Shown here piece after piece: positions 1-17,620 of a DNA stretch of 64,000 nucleotides (within the stretch, counting starts at the first letter, position 1; each line of letters starts with the position of its first letter). The DNA is from Antedon mediterranea (taxonomy: Eukaryota; Animalia; Echinodermata), in the NCBI RefSeq assembly GCF_964355755.1, contig NC_092671.1, forward strand, positions 2,852,001 to 2,916,000. The letters run 5' to 3'. The notes beneath the pieces are model-generated. The model ran no database searches and was not told the DNA's origin. It was given only the letters and a program-made list of their open reading frames with translations. The position numbers and the translations under genes are program-made.

Positions 1-195
1 TAACTTATGTACAAAAGAAATATTGCCTCTGGTCCACCATCGGACCAATATATTTGCCGACTATTGAGTTTCTTTTAGTGTAGTGTCTATATTCAATGTC
101 TCTCTCTTTAAAGCCTATAAGTCATTTATGTTTTAAAACCCCTTACCGTTAGATGCGAGAGTTTTTTCACTTAATTTTGTTCACGTTTTCCTTAG

Positions 196-3978
<3,783 letters not shown>

Positions 3979-4124
3979 GCATTTTCTCTACTAGATAGGT
4001 CTTTGAATTATTAGCCAGGGTACTATGGAGGCAAAGTCAAAACACCATTCCATGATTACTCCCCTGAAGTAATTAAAGCAACGCTAAAATATGTACACTA
4101 ATTTAATTTCCGACAGACTATTCC

Positions 4125-4332
4125 ATCATCCGTACCCCTCCCCTCTCATTTCCCACACCTCACAGGCCACACCACATCCCACACCTCCATCCCCTCCCCT
4201 CTCATTCCCCATACCTCACAGGCCACACCCCACACCTCCATTCTCCTCTCTTCCCATTCCCCACACCCCACATATCCATCCCCCTCTCCTCCCATTCCCC
4301 ACACCCCTATTCCCGTACCCCATTCCACACAC
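4125..4332. repeat. C-rich low-complexity tract (ccacacccc/attcccc motifs)
   Basis: Degenerate repeats visible directly; they generate the Pro/His-rich ORF 4091-4342. Confidence 0.7.
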
Positions 4333-4924
4333 GCATATTTAACTTTCTTTGTGCTGTCTAATAAAAATTTCTTTATAATGAAATGAAAATATAGAATTTC
4401 ACATTATTATTACAGTATTTCATTTCATTTTTCAATATAAAATAAATAGTCAATTGACTTAATATTATAATCCATATTTTACATAATAAATAACATAATT
4501 ATACAGAAGCTTGCTAATTATGTAAATTAAATTAAACCAAATTATTCGGTAGCATTTTTTCTATCAGTATATCGATGCATAATTATTTAACCGAACGTTC
4601 TATTTCCAATTTAATTCAGTAAAAAAAAAAATCTGTTTATCATTCAATAAAAAAAACTTTAATTTATACAGTAATCAGTATTCATCATCGGGAAAAATTA
4701 TGTCAAAATATCGTGTCTGATGACAATGGCGTATATTTAATTGCCTGTAGTGTATTATGGATGTTTCACTTTTTACAGTATTCATGTATGTGTATATTAA
4801 TACTCTATACCTTACATCACAACCAAAATTAACCCTCGAAATGAAACAATGTTTCCCTCATTAGGGGTTCGCGATAGTGTCAAAACATATTTAGTTATTA
4901 ACAATATTTTACAAAGGTGACACA

Positions 4925-5142
4925 ATAATAGTCAAAAAGACTCCGTTGGGTCCCTGGGTATAATAGTCAAAAAGACTCCGTTGGGTCCCTGGGTATAATA
5001 GTCAAAAAGACTCCGTTGGGTCCCTGGGTATAATAGTCAAAAAGACTCCGTTGGGTCCCTGGGTATAATAGTCAAAAAGACTCCGTTGGGTCCCTGGGTA
5101 TAATAGTCAAAAAGACTCCGTTGGGTCCCTGGGTATAATAGT
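4925..5142. repeat. Perfect 35-bp tandem repeat x6 (ataatagtcaaaaagactccgttgggtccctgggt)
   Basis: Units start at 4925, 4960, 4995, 5030, 5065 and 5100. Confidence 0.95.
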
Positions 5143-5199
5143 ACATTAAAAAAAATACATAAAAGTAACAATATAATAAATTCTCCTTTGTTCATTTTA

Positions 5200-5356
5200 C
5201 AGAAAAGTGTCCCTTTAATAGCCATTCCCCCTGAATAGGCAATTCCCCTGAATCATTGTGTGCCCTGAATAGGTGTGTCCCTTTAATAGGCGTGCCCCTG
5301 AATAGGTATTCCCCCATGAATAGGCGTTCCCCCTGCCAAAGGAGGGGTTTTACTAT
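5200..5356. mobile_element. End of a Tc1/mariner(pogo)-type MITE with internal gtgtcccctgaatagg repeats; related remnants near 3425-3555, 24020-24200, 28150-28220
   Basis: Ends ...ggaggggttttactata. Related copies end ...gaggtcctactgta or start tacagtaaac, a CAGT...ACTG end with TA flank. Confidence 0.45.
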
Positions 5357-5698
5357 ATGTCGAAAATTAAATGAATTTACGCTATGACAAACAAATAGTT
5401 AGTAGAAATGCTAATGTTTATAAACAGTGTCCATAATCTGTAGTAAACTACTATATAGTGAGTTATTGATAATACTAACTTATATGGGTCAGTATTTTGG
5501 GTCAGTATCGGTCACACAAGATTAAGGTCAATATTCATATTTGTAATGACCGATTTCTATCGAAATTCAGTCCATCCTTTTTCACCGCTTACCATTTTGT
5601 GAGTTAAAACATTACAAATTAGAAACATCTCAAATACATAAACAAAAAAAAATCATTTTTTAATTTTAAAACAAATATCTTTATTTTTGGTTTTCCTT

Positions 5699-5871
5699 AG
5701 CTCTGTCTACTCTATCAAATTTTATGTGACAAAAAATGTGATGTGCCCATATATAGACATGATGATGTCTTATCACTGCCATATTTGGGTATATCACTAC
5801 CACTATCATGCCCAAATTTTGGGAACATGACACTTTTTTTGTCAAACAAGTTTGATAGTGTAGACAGAGCT
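5699..5871. mobile_element. MITE family A, copy 2
   Basis: TIR agctctgtctac...gtagacagagct followed by tta; internal gatgtgcccatatatagacatgatgatgtc is shared with the other copies. Confidence 0.75.
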
Positions 5872-8341
5872 TTACAGTTCATAGAACATTTTCAGTGGTG
5901 TTCACAAAAATTGAGTCTATTTAAAAAAACTCAACTTTCTTTAATTTACAATCTTTCAACAACCTTTTCTTGAACTTTTTTTGTGTAAAATTCATTTAAA
6001 ATTGTCATTGTTTTTTTTTTTTTTAAACAGGAAATCTTTAAACCACTTTCACTTATTGTTTGCGGTCTTTCAAAGAAATTTTCAAATAACCGAGTTCGTT
6101 TCATGCATTTACTTTACATATATTACAATTTCTGATGGTTTATTCATTTTTGTTAAAGACATAACAAGATTATAATATTATTATTGTTATTGTAACTACC
6201 GTAATTATTTGAATAAATGATTTTTGAGGTTTTTATTGAGCATATAAATATTACAATAACAAATAATTAATATGCTAAACAATAGTTCTTAGAGCCAAAG
6301 CTAGATACAGATTGATATTGTTGTACCTTTTTATTTGTTTTTATTGCATTTAAAAAAATGTTATTTCAATTGAATTGTACAATACTTTTGTAAATACAAC
6401 GTTTTCAGTCATGCGGCTACTTGTAAGTTTTTATACCTGAACTAATAAATAAATTAAAAAAATGGGTCGGCTAATTTAAAAAATTTAAAATGGTAGCATA
6501 ATTATATATATATATGTCCCACCTTGAGGTGTCAATATCCAAATGATTTTGAACCATACTCTGAAAGTGGTCTAATAGTAGTATGTTAGCATATCAAGCA
6601 GAAAATTCCAGGTTCGAATCTAGGTTGGAGCGGCTTTTTCTCATTCTCACAGAATTAATAAATTTTCATTATATTACTGGGAGACTTAAGGTTTCATTAT
6701 ATAGTCATATCTTGTATGTGATGTATATATATCTATTACATAGTACACAGAGTAGTTACATGAAATGAGTTTGAAATTGAAAATATCACCTAAATTAAAT
6801 CAATCACAGCCTACAGTTTATCATTATATATATTATTTTAGCCATTTGCTGCTTAACAGATTATAAATTTGTATGACAGATAAAATCAACTTGTCTATAA
6901 AATTCCGGGTTGGGGGCGACTGTGAATCATCATACGATACAAAGAACGTCATTAAGTGTTTATTTGGGCTTTAAATGTCGTAAACATGACCATATTTGTA
7001 TCGTCACTAACAGTTCAAATTTGTTTTAGATATTGTGTAAATATCTCAAACCCAATTGTTACGTGCAGTATGTAGCATGTCTACTTTACCAGATGTGATA
7101 AAAAATCTATCTCTCGTTCATTATAAAATAATATTTGCAGGTCAAAGGTTATTTGTACACTAATCAAAAGGTTAACTCTGGTTTGTGAGATTACCAAAGT
7201 ATTATAAGATTGGCTAATCTGAAAACTCTTTGGAAATTACATAACACTCGATATTCTATTGTAAAATGTTGATAATATTTCTATACAACTGTCAGTGGTT
7301 GATATTGATGAGTTTGTTTGTGATTCAATTCTGGGTCAATTCTAAAGTTTAATATGCTTTTTTTCTCTGGACCATAGGTCAGATACGATTACGTGAGAGG
7401 TATGGGATTACCATGACTACCAATACCAAATGATAGTGAATCTGATCATTAGAAGATAAAAAGATGGGAAAAGTATCAGTCAGGACTTTTTCTGCTAAAA
7501 ATAACTGACAACAGATGATTAAATATTAAACTATATTAATAAACAGTAATTAAAGTTTTTGCTGTGAAATATATTATTTATATTTATATTTTATATTAAT
7601 GGATAATTTTGATATAAATATATATTATAGTACTTTAATTTAAGAAGAATTTAAACAATTTGATTTTTAATATAATATTTCTTTTTAGCTTAGTAGTATT
7701 ATTGCTTACTCTCTTACTCAGGATTTTGTTTGACTAAAAAATGTATCATTTAAACAAATTAAAAGATTTTTTTAATAGAAATACCGCACGAGATTAGTTT
7801 TATATCCTAAATTTATTTTCGTTTTGAAACCCCTTTTTTAACATTTTCTATTCATTTGAAAGGTTATATTTATCTGGTATTAAAGATATAATATCTTTTC
7901 TCATTGCCAATCATAATTTGCATCATTTTTTTCAGTGTATTTTAATGAAAATAAAGTTATGGGCGTGTCGGACTTTTTAAGTTTGTAATTAATAAAATTA
8001 ATCAATTTAATTACAAAATACATATTCATTTCAATTTATTTCTTTTCAAACTCAAATAACGACGTCATCATTACGCCTAGGGCGTCATCCGCGTAAAGGT
8101 ACGCTTTCTATTATTTATCATTGCGTTTAATAGTCTTAATGATTTACCTTAAACCATTCGTATGATCAACGCCGTTACTACAGGCTACCATTAAATCTAA
8201 ATTAAATATGATATTTTCAACGTATAAGTTAAATTTAATATAATTGAGGTATTTGATCCAGTTATATTGTAAAGGTTAATATCGAGCGCAGCTAGACGAT
8301 TGCATTGGTTAAATTTAATCTTTCTGTAATTTCGGAAGACT

Positions 8342-8500
8342 GTAACGCAAGGACGTAAACGCAACGCAAGCGTTTTAACCAATGACAAGCGAAGTTATAG
8401 ACAGTTAGCAATCACAAGCGAATAAGCCATCGCTTGTGATTGGTCAATTCACTTGTGTTGCGTTACGTCCTTGTGTTGCGTCGCTAGTGGGAATCACGCT
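8342..8500. mobile_element. MITE family B (PIF/Harbinger-like), long subfamily, left end truncated
   Basis: Near-identical to 39135-39316 and 48316-48494; ends ...ctagtgggaatcacgct|taa. Confidence 0.8.
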
Positions 8501-8740
8501 TAAGGAGAACACGTGTACATTCTCGGAACCAATCTTCCCAGATATAATCTCGGACTTAACGTTAAAATCGAAATGAAAAGACGATGTGGCATTAACCGCG
8601 AACGAAGAAAGCGAGTGAAATGGAGGAGGAATGTTAGTGGGTTAAAGAGAATCGCACGTGCGCAGTGAATATAGTAATTGTAATCGAATTTAGAAAAGCA
8701 AATAATTTTGAGTAGCACATCAAAGTAGGGCTTACATTAA

Positions 8741-8890
8741 AGCTTGGTTCTCACTAGTGACGCAACGCAAGGACGTACGCGCAACGCAAGGAGTTGACCA
8801 ATGACAAAATGTTCGAATAATCCATCGCTTGTGATTGGTCAACTCACTTACGTTGCGTTACGTCCTTGCGTCGCTAGTGCGAACCAAGCT
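8741..8890. mobile_element. MITE family B, short subfamily, complete
   Basis: taa|agcttggttc.cactag...ctagt.cgaaccaagct|taa: TIRs plus a perfect TAA TSD. Further degenerate copies at ~26710-26820, 27450-27560, 30690-30785, 33152-33300 and 55120-55230. Confidence 0.85.
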
Positions 8891-10164
8891 TAACGTATTG
8901 TTAACAGATACGGTATACAAAGGTTAGTCTGTGCTAGGGGTTGTTTTAGGCCTATTGTTGTATTGTTCGGAAACATTGTACAATAACAGACAAAGTTCAA
9001 TCGTAGGACTAAAGGATAATATAATTATGCTTTATGAACTTATACTGACCTTATGATAATTATTAGTCTAAATGTAAAGATTTGATGTACTTGATGGGAA
9101 TATCAAGTACCTCTTACGCGTCATTATAACTTTTATAACAAGTAAATACGTTATTTGTTTCGTGCTTCATCTGAAACAATTCCAAAGACAATTTTGAAAG
9201 GACAATTGAATCGTATATGTTTACCATTTCTTTTGATTGCATTGAAGAATTAAAGAGAAAAATGAAAGGTTCAAAATTTACATGCTACATGGATTTTTTC
9301 TTTAGAAAAATTTTCAAATATGTATTGATGTAACATGCGCAGACTACTGTATGCCAATTTTTGTAAAAAAAATGAAAGGGTCGAAAATTTGCAATTTTGC
9401 AATATTTCTTTTTTTTCGCAAAATATGTCCAAATATTGTTTAAAATACATATTGAGGTAATAATGCTCAAACCACATTATGTGATTATGCACATGCTAAT
9501 TTGTAAAAAATACAGGGGTTTCTCAAAATGTAAATAATATCGACTTTTAAAATGCAATTATTATGCAATAATATTGCCATAAATGCGCATATATTGCGTT
9601 ATCATCTTATAGAGTCATAGTAACCAGTTTTGTCAAAAAATAAAAGGGTCGAAATGTGGTCATTTAAAAAAAATTTCCCTGTACTATACTGCCCTGTCAT
9701 GAAAGAACGACTCAACTGACACATTTTTCAAAAATCACTTTTTTAGCTTTCAAAATTTTAAGTGTGTGTACTATTGTCACCAAAGACTAACTCAACTACA
9801 AATGCCCTGAAAGACTCACTCAAATGACATATTAACACCTATTATCATAGGAAACCCATTCAAGTGCACAACAATGGTGTTAATTGCGCAGCAAGCTGCG
9901 TAATGTTGTTGTTTTAAACATAAAATAATTTGGTACTGTCCTTTTGTAATTGTAAATAATTATTTTATTCAATACTCACTTAAACTTGTTTAGTTATTAT
10001 TAGAATATTAATTTTATTTCTGGAATATTTAGAATTAAATACCCCGGAGAGAGACTATGTGAACACCGTAATGATATTATTGAATATTCTCCCTTTAAAT
10101 TAAATTAATACAAGAAACATGAAAAAAAATTTAGAAAATTTCCCTGATTTTCAAAAAATGGCAA

Positions 10165-13100
10165 TGTTTCGACCTGCGCATGTTTATTATGCTATAGTAA
10201 CCATTTATGTCAAAACTGGTTACTATAGCACAATTGACATGCGCAGAACCCATTATTCGTTCTGGGCATGTTTATTATGCAATAGTAACCATTTATGTCA
10301 AAAAATAAAAGGTTCGAAAATCGGCAATTTTTCGAAAATTTCCCTGTATTGCAGTACAGGGATTTTTAAAAAAATGGCAAATTTTCGACCTTTTTATTTT
10401 TCAATAAAACTGGTTACTATAGCACAATTGACATGCGCAGAACCCATTATTCGGCTCTGCGCATGTTTATTATGCTATAGTAACCATTTATGTCAAAACT
10501 ATGCTATAGTAACCATTTATGTCAAAAGTAACCACTTTTGACATAAATGGTTACTATAGCTAGTAACCATTTATGTCAAAAGTGGTTACTTTTGACATAA
10601 ATGGTTACTATAGTATAATAAACATGCGCAGAGTCGAATAGTATACAAATAATGAATGTTTATGAGTGCAATGGTACAAATAATGGCACGAGGTGAATGA
10701 TGAAAGGTTATATCAACGAGGCAAAGCCGAGTTGATATAACCTTTCATCATTCACCAAGTGCCATTATTTGTACCATTACACGAATACAAAACATTCATT
10801 ATTTGTTTTATATAACATCTAAATAACAAACAAAAATGTTTCAAAAAGTACTATTTAACGATCGTTGAATAGTGCGTACTATTGCACGCCATGTGACCCA
10901 CATTCGTCCAATCAAATGACAGGAATTTATATAGGTGTTATATAAAACCCATTAGTCGACTCTGTGCCTGTTTATTATGCTATAGTAACCATTTATGTCA
11001 CACTTTTGACATAAATGGTTACTATAGCATAATAAACATGCGCAGAGTCGAATAATGGGTTCTGCACATGTCAAATGTGCTATAGTAACCATTTATGTCA
11101 AATATGGTTATGATAGCACAATTGACATGCGCAGAAGCCATTATTCGACTCTGCGCATGTTTATTATGCAATAGTAACCATTTACGTCAAAAAATAAAAG
11201 GGTCGAAAATCGGCTATTTTTCGAAAATTTCCTAATAGTACCAATTTTCGACCTTGTTATTTTTCGATAAAACTGGTTACTATAGCACAATTAACATGAG
11301 CAGAACCCATTAGTCGCCTCTGCGCATGTTTATTATGCTATACCTGTAGTAACCATTTATGTCAAAACTGGTTACTATAGCACAATTGACATGCGCAGAA
11401 CCCATTATTCGTCTCTGCGTATGTTTATTATGCAATAGTAACCATTTATGTAAAAAAATAAAAGGGTAGAAAATCGGCAATTTTTCGAAAGTTTCCCTGT
11501 ACTATAGTACAGAGATTTTTAAATAAAAATGGCAAATTTTCGACCTATTTATTTTTCGATAAAACTGGTTACTATAGCACAATTAACATGCGCAGAACCC
11601 ATTAGTCGACTCTGCGCATGTTTATTTTGCTATAGTAACCATTTATGTCAAAACTGGTTACTATAGCACATTTGACATGCGCAGAACCCATTATTCGTCT
11701 CTGCGCATGTTTATTATGCAATAGTAACCATTTATGTCAAAAAATAAAAGGGTCGAAAATCGGCAATTTTTCGAAAATTTTCCTGTACTATAAAACTGGT
11801 TACTATAGCACAATTAACATGCGCAGAACCCATTAGTCAACTCTGCGCATGTTTATTTTGCTATAGTAACCATTTATGTCAAAACTGGTTACTATAGCAC
11901 ATTTGACATGCGCAGAACCCATTATTCGTCTCTGCGCATGTTTATTATGCAATAGTAACGATTTATGTCAAAAAATAAAAGGGTCGAAAATCGGCAATTT
12001 TTCGAAAATTTCCCTGTACTATAAAACTGGTTACTATAGCACAATTGACATGCGCAGAACCTATTATTCGCCTCTGCGCATGTTTATTATGCTATAGTAA
12101 CCATTTATGTCAAAACTGGTTACTATAGCACAATTGACATGCGCAGAACCCATTATTCGTCTCTGCGCATGTTTATTATGCAATAGTAACCATTTATGTC
12201 AAAACTGGTTACTATAGCACAATTAGCATGGGCAGAACCCATTAGTCGACTCTGCGCATGTTTATTAATATGCTATAGTAACAATTTATATCAAAAAATA
12301 AAAGGGTCGAAAATCGGCAATTTTTCGAAAATTTCCCTGTACTATAAAACTGGTTACTATAGCACAATTAACATGCGCAGAACCCATTAGTCAACTCTGC
12401 GCATGTTTATTTTGCTATAGTAACCATTTATGTCAAAACTGGTTACTATAGCACATTTGACATGCGCAGAACCCATTATTCGTCTCTGCGCATGTTTATT
12501 ATGCAATAGTAACCATTTATGTCAAAAAATAAAAGGGTCGAAAATCGGCAATTTTTCGAAAATTTCCCTGTACTATAAAACTGGTTACTATAGCACAATT
12601 GACATGCGCAGAACCTATTATTCGCCTCTGCGCATGTTTATTATGCTATAGTAACCATTTATGTCAAAACTGGTTACTATAGCACAATTGACATGCGCAG
12701 AACCCATTATTCGTCTCTGCGCATGTTTATTATGCAATAGTAACCATTTATGTCAAAACTGGTTACTATAGCACAATTAGCATGGGCAGAACCCATTAGT
12801 CGACTCTGCGCATGTTTATTAATATGCTATAGTAACAATTTATATCAAAAAATAAAAGGGTCGAAAATCGGCAATTTTTCGAAAATTTCCCTGTACTATA
12901 CAGGGATTTTTTTTTTACTGTACAGGGATTTTTCAAAAGATAGCAAATTTTCAACCTTTTTATTTTTCGATAAAACTGGTAAATATAGCACAATTAACAT
13001 GCGCAGAACCCATTAGTCGACTCTGCGCCTGTTTATTATGCTATAGTAACCATTTATGTCAAAAGTAACCACTTTTGACATAAATGGTTACTATAGCTAG

Positions 13101-14172
13101 TAACCATTTATGTCAAAAGTGGTTACTTTTGACATAAATGGTTACTATAGCATAATAAACATTCGCAGAGTCGAATAGAACCCATTAGTCGACTCTGCGA
13201 ATGTTTATTATGCAATAGTAACCATTTACGTCAAAAAAAGAAAGGGTGGAAAATCGGCCATTTTTCGAAAAAAGGGATTTTTTCCAAAAAATGGCCAATT
13301 TTCGACCTTTTTATTTTTTGATAAAAGTGGTTAATATAGCACAATTAACATGCGCAGAACCTATTATTCGACTCTGCACATGTTTATTATGCTATAGTAA
13401 CCATTTATGTCAAAAGTAATCTGCGCATGTTTATTATGCTATAGTAACCATTTATGTCAAAACTGGTTACTATAGCACAATTGACATGCGCAGAACCCAT
13501 TATTCGTCTCTGCGCATGTTTATTATGCAATAGTAACCATTTATGTCAAAAAATAAATGGGTCGAAAATCGCCCATTTTTCCAAAATTTTTCTGTACTAT
13601 AGTACAGGGATTTTTTTTTTAAAATGGGAAATTATCGACCTTTTTATTTTTCGATAAAACTGGTTACTATAGCACAATCAACACGCGCAGAGTCGAATAA
13701 TGGGTTCTGCGCATTTCAATTGTGCTATAGTAACCATTTATGTCAAATATGGTTATGATAGCACAATTGACATTCGCAGAACCCATTATTCGACTCTGCG
13801 CATGTTTATTATGCAATCGAAAATCGTCCATTTTTCGAAAATTTCCCTGTACAGGGATTTTTTAAAAAATGGCAAATTTTCGACCTTTTTATTTTTCGGT
13901 AAAACTGGTTACTATAGCACAATTAGCATGCGCAGAACCCAGTAGTCGACTCTGCGCATGTTGATTAATATGCTATAGTAACCATTTATGTCAAAAGTAA
14001 CCACTTTTGACATAAATGGTTACTATAGCATAATACACATGCGCAGAGTCGAATAATGGGTTCTGCGCATTTCAATTGTGCTATAGTAGCCATTTATGTT
14101 AAATATGGTTATGATAGCACAATTGACATGCGCAGAACCCATTATTCGCCTCTGCGCATGTTTATTATGCTA
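10165..14172. repeat. Satellite of an 89-bp palindromic unit interspersed with a ~53-bp or longer spacer unit; 554-bp higher-order repeat; some inverted units
   Basis: Unit aaaactggttactatagcacaattgacatgcgcagaacccattattcgtctctgcgcatgtttattatgctatagtaaccatttatgtc. Near-identical ORFs at 11876/12430 and 12196/12750 are both offset by 554 bp. Confidence 0.95.
10642..10945. mobile_element. 304-bp non-autonomous hairpin element without TSD (CryptonV-like)
   Basis: ~75-bp-arm hairpin centred on cgaggcaaagccgag, plus a second inverted pair ttatataaca/tgttatataa. The empty site gtcgaatag|aacccattag occurs at ~13170-13188. Confidence 0.65.
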
Positions 14173-16770
14173 ATCAAAATAATATTATTATCTACACACG
14201 TGAAGAGCTAAAACAAGAACACGTTTTGTTGATTATCTCAAAACTTTGCTTTATGCAGTTGAGTCGTTCTTTCATGACGGGGCAGTATAGGCCTAGTACA
14301 GGAAAATTTAAAAAAAATGACAAAATTTCGACTTTTTAAAATTCAATTATTATGCAATAATATTGGCATAAATGCGCATATATGGCGTTATAATCATCTT
14401 ATAGAGTCATAGTAAGCAGTTTTGTCAAAAAATAAAACGGTCGAAATTTGGACATTTTTCGAAAATTTTCCTGTACTAATAGCACAGGGATTTTTTTCAA
14501 AAATGGCCAAACTATCGACTTTTTAAAATTCAATTATTTTGCAATAATATTGCCATAAATGCGTTATAATCATCTTATTCATTTACTTCGTTTTTCCAAA
14601 ATGTCCATGGGTAAATATCGACTGTTTAAAATATGTATTGAGGTAACATGTGCAGACCACCTAATGTGATTCTGCGCATGTCACATAATGATAAGTATAG
14701 TAACCAGTTTTGTAAAAAATTAAAGGGTCGAAATTTGGCCATTCTTCGAAAAAAACTGTCTGTACTGTTGGATATTTTTCGTGATTTTTTCGAGATATCG
14801 GCCTTACAAATTTCAAGTATACTATTATGAACATGTTATCAACCTGAAAATCGCGTATGCCTAAGAAATCGTTCGTACACAGAAACAAATTATTCGTAGA
14901 AACTGTTTATGGTAGCCAACGGAAAATTAATTTTCTTTTATTGAGTTCATTGACTGAATAGTCAATGTAATTACATTATGTATACATTGTCATTTTAATT
15001 AATAATTATTCATAAAAAATCAGTTTAATTAGTATTGTGGTATCCCGGATGTAACTTCCTCTCTGAGTTTGTTTGAATAGTCGTTATGGAGACTATCATC
15101 ACACAACAAAGGCAAATACGTCTGCTCTCCGGGCAAAAGCGTTATTGGCTCTTTGGTCTTATAAAACGTAATAATCATAATTAGTAGACCGACAGACAGA
15201 CCGTACCTAAAATATATTTTAATATTATAAAGATAAGTGTTCTCGTACGTGGTCGAGTAGGCCTACTATATTTTACTCACTTTATCAATTCAATTCTTTA
15301 TTGACTTCATGACGCCACTGCCACTTCCCTCTTTCTTGTTTCCCTTTTAACATACTTGGGTTGGATATTTTGTGAACCGTGCGGATCACTCAAGCTTAAC
15401 ATATAAATCAGCTACGCTAATTAACGTTTAACAATAACACAAAGAACATTATTCTATAATATTATTCTTTCTGCGTATTATTCTTGGCAGTTATCGTGCG
15501 ATTGTTAAATACTGTCCTTGACCATGGACGCCTTAATCGAGTTCCTATGGATTTACAAGTATCCTTACATTGGGTGTAAACAAACCACTTGATCGATGAC
15601 AGAATATCAACTATCGGTGCGTATGACCTAGGTCCAAAATCAACAAAGAACACAATTGTGACAAGCTCGAAAAATAATTTGGAACGACAAAACGCGAGGA
15701 ACAAATCAAAAAATACTTCTGCATCTTCTTCACCTGTCCCACATGAGGGGAGGGGGGAAACAAGACAAGATACCATATGGGGAAATACCCGATGTTAACA
15801 GACCGGATCCTTGTTCCATTTCTCCTTTTTCATTGACACCTTTTCTTACCATCGTCCCCAACATGACTTTGTGTGCACAAGAGCGTGTATTTTTGGCTTC
15901 TTCCTTTTTTTGAAATTTTCACTCCCGCACAACTGGGTTCTCTTTTCTGACTTTCTTAGACTTTGATAGATTTTGTAATAAGACTTGATGCAATTTGTAA
16001 TGGGTCTTGATACTTTGTGATTGAAAATATAAGATTGGAATACATTTCTCTCGATACAACATAGAACACACAATGGGCTGTGGACTTGCTTAGAGTAAGG
16101 CCTATAATAAAGGATATGAAATTGTATTTGCTTGAGGTTATTGCTAGTCCTAGATTCGGCTTCATTAACATCAAGTTCGTTCAACCTACAGAAGCAAGTA
16201 AACAGTGTCTCGTAGGAACTGGCGTAATATAATTACATCTTAATTATTGAGTATCACTTTAATAATTTTTCACATATACTGTTTAATAGTACTTTGCAAG
16301 TGGGAGTCAACATTTCAAAACTATAGGATATTCCTATTTCTAATTTCCTGAAGTCAAAACAAATCATTCGTTTAAAACGACAATAAATAATCAATAAATT
16401 ATCTAGCTAAGTAATTCTAATAACACAGTTTTCATATTATTGTTTTTGAATAACGATGTCATCTCCGTATAAATAGACACGCCTTCGGATTATCGCCTTT
16501 TTTTTATTATGTGAATTCATCAACATTTAACAAAAAGCAAACATTTGGGCCGATCAATACAAATTTAGGTAAATTCATTTTGGTCGTGGAATCGCTTCAT
16601 AAATACCGTGAAACATGCTACACTATCCAAAGAGATTATACCACAGGGAGGGAAAGACGGTTGGGACCACTACTTTGAACTTTGAAATAAAAATGATATA
16701 GCTTGAGGTCCGGCTTAACACAGATAATAAGCTTTATTCATAAACAAGAAAACTATAGGAGTTGTTTTTC

Positions 16771-16984
16771 TACTAAACCTTACTGTCTGGTACATTTATA
16801 CAATATAAACACAGATTTTAACGAATATTAACAAAATGTTAGAATTATACTAAACCTTAACTAGTGCCTGGTACATTTATACAATATAAACACAGATTTT
16901 AACTAATATTAACAAAATGTTAGAATTGTACTAAACCTTAACTAGTGCCTGGTACTTTATACAATATAAACACAGATTTTAACT
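16771..16984. repeat. 81-bp tandem repeat, ~2.6 copies
   Basis: ctggtac recurs at 16787, 16868 and 16949. Confidence 0.85.
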
Positions 16985-17532
16985 TAATATAGTGTAGGTT
17001 ATATTGTTAATTGTTTCACTACATTTTACATAAAGTGTCAATATAAAAGATTGTACTTAATAATTATGTTGGTAACACAGGAATGTAAAAACAATATAAT
17101 TATTCTTTGCTTATAATTTCTTTACATTTAATTTATAAGGATAAGGATATAGGATATTTAACACATGTTTATTAAATAGCAGTTATAAATAAGTTTAAAT
17201 AACATATTATATTCTAATACTGTAGTATACTAACTACATAAATTGCCTACTTAATTATTATTTTATAATTATTAATTTATAATATATTCCTTTGTTCTTT
17301 CGACTCAAATAAACTAAAAACTCAAAGACAAGTATGTTATTGATATTCTATTATTATATATTATTTGTTAAAAAATGTAATAATTAGAATTAAGTTGGAG
17401 TGAAAATTGTAAAGATTTTTCCAAACCATTATGGATTATTATTGCGATCTATTTTTAACTGTTTAATATCAAATTATTTGACATTAGTAGTTTGTTCACA
17501 AAATATCTATAGGAACAATTACTTTATATAAT

Positions 17533-17564
17533 CATGGAGTAATAAATCTAATTATTACTCCATG
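17533..17564. mobile_element. 32-bp palindrome with 7-bp TSD (6/7 match); putative P-element excision footprint
   Basis: atataat|catggagtaataaatctaattattactccatg|atataac. Confidence 0.55.
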
Positions 17565-17620
17565 ATATAACGTCTATTCTTGTGCTTCTTAGTTTCATTA
17601 TTCTACAAAATCTCTTTCTT

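Larger units (their letters stand above)
9689..14285. mobile_element. TIR DNA transposon derivative (possibly Sola-like), 30-bp TIRs, TATA flanks, satellite-filled
   Basis: ctgccctgtcatgaaagaacgactcaactg (9689-9718) versus cagttgagtcgttctttcatgacggggcag (14256-14285): 29/30 inverted match, with tata on both sides. The superfamily call is a guess. Confidence 0.7.

Noticed and set aside
10119-14172. Repeated ORFs (MSKLVTIA...CACLLC) and a CRISPR-like look of the palindromic array
   Set aside because: The ORFs are translations of satellite units. The intervening sequences are repeated rather than unique spacers, there are no cas genes, and the context is eukaryotic.
15462-16184. Overlapping 69-112-aa ORFs on both strands
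   Set aside because: No recognisable domain, and I could not build a consistent splice pattern.
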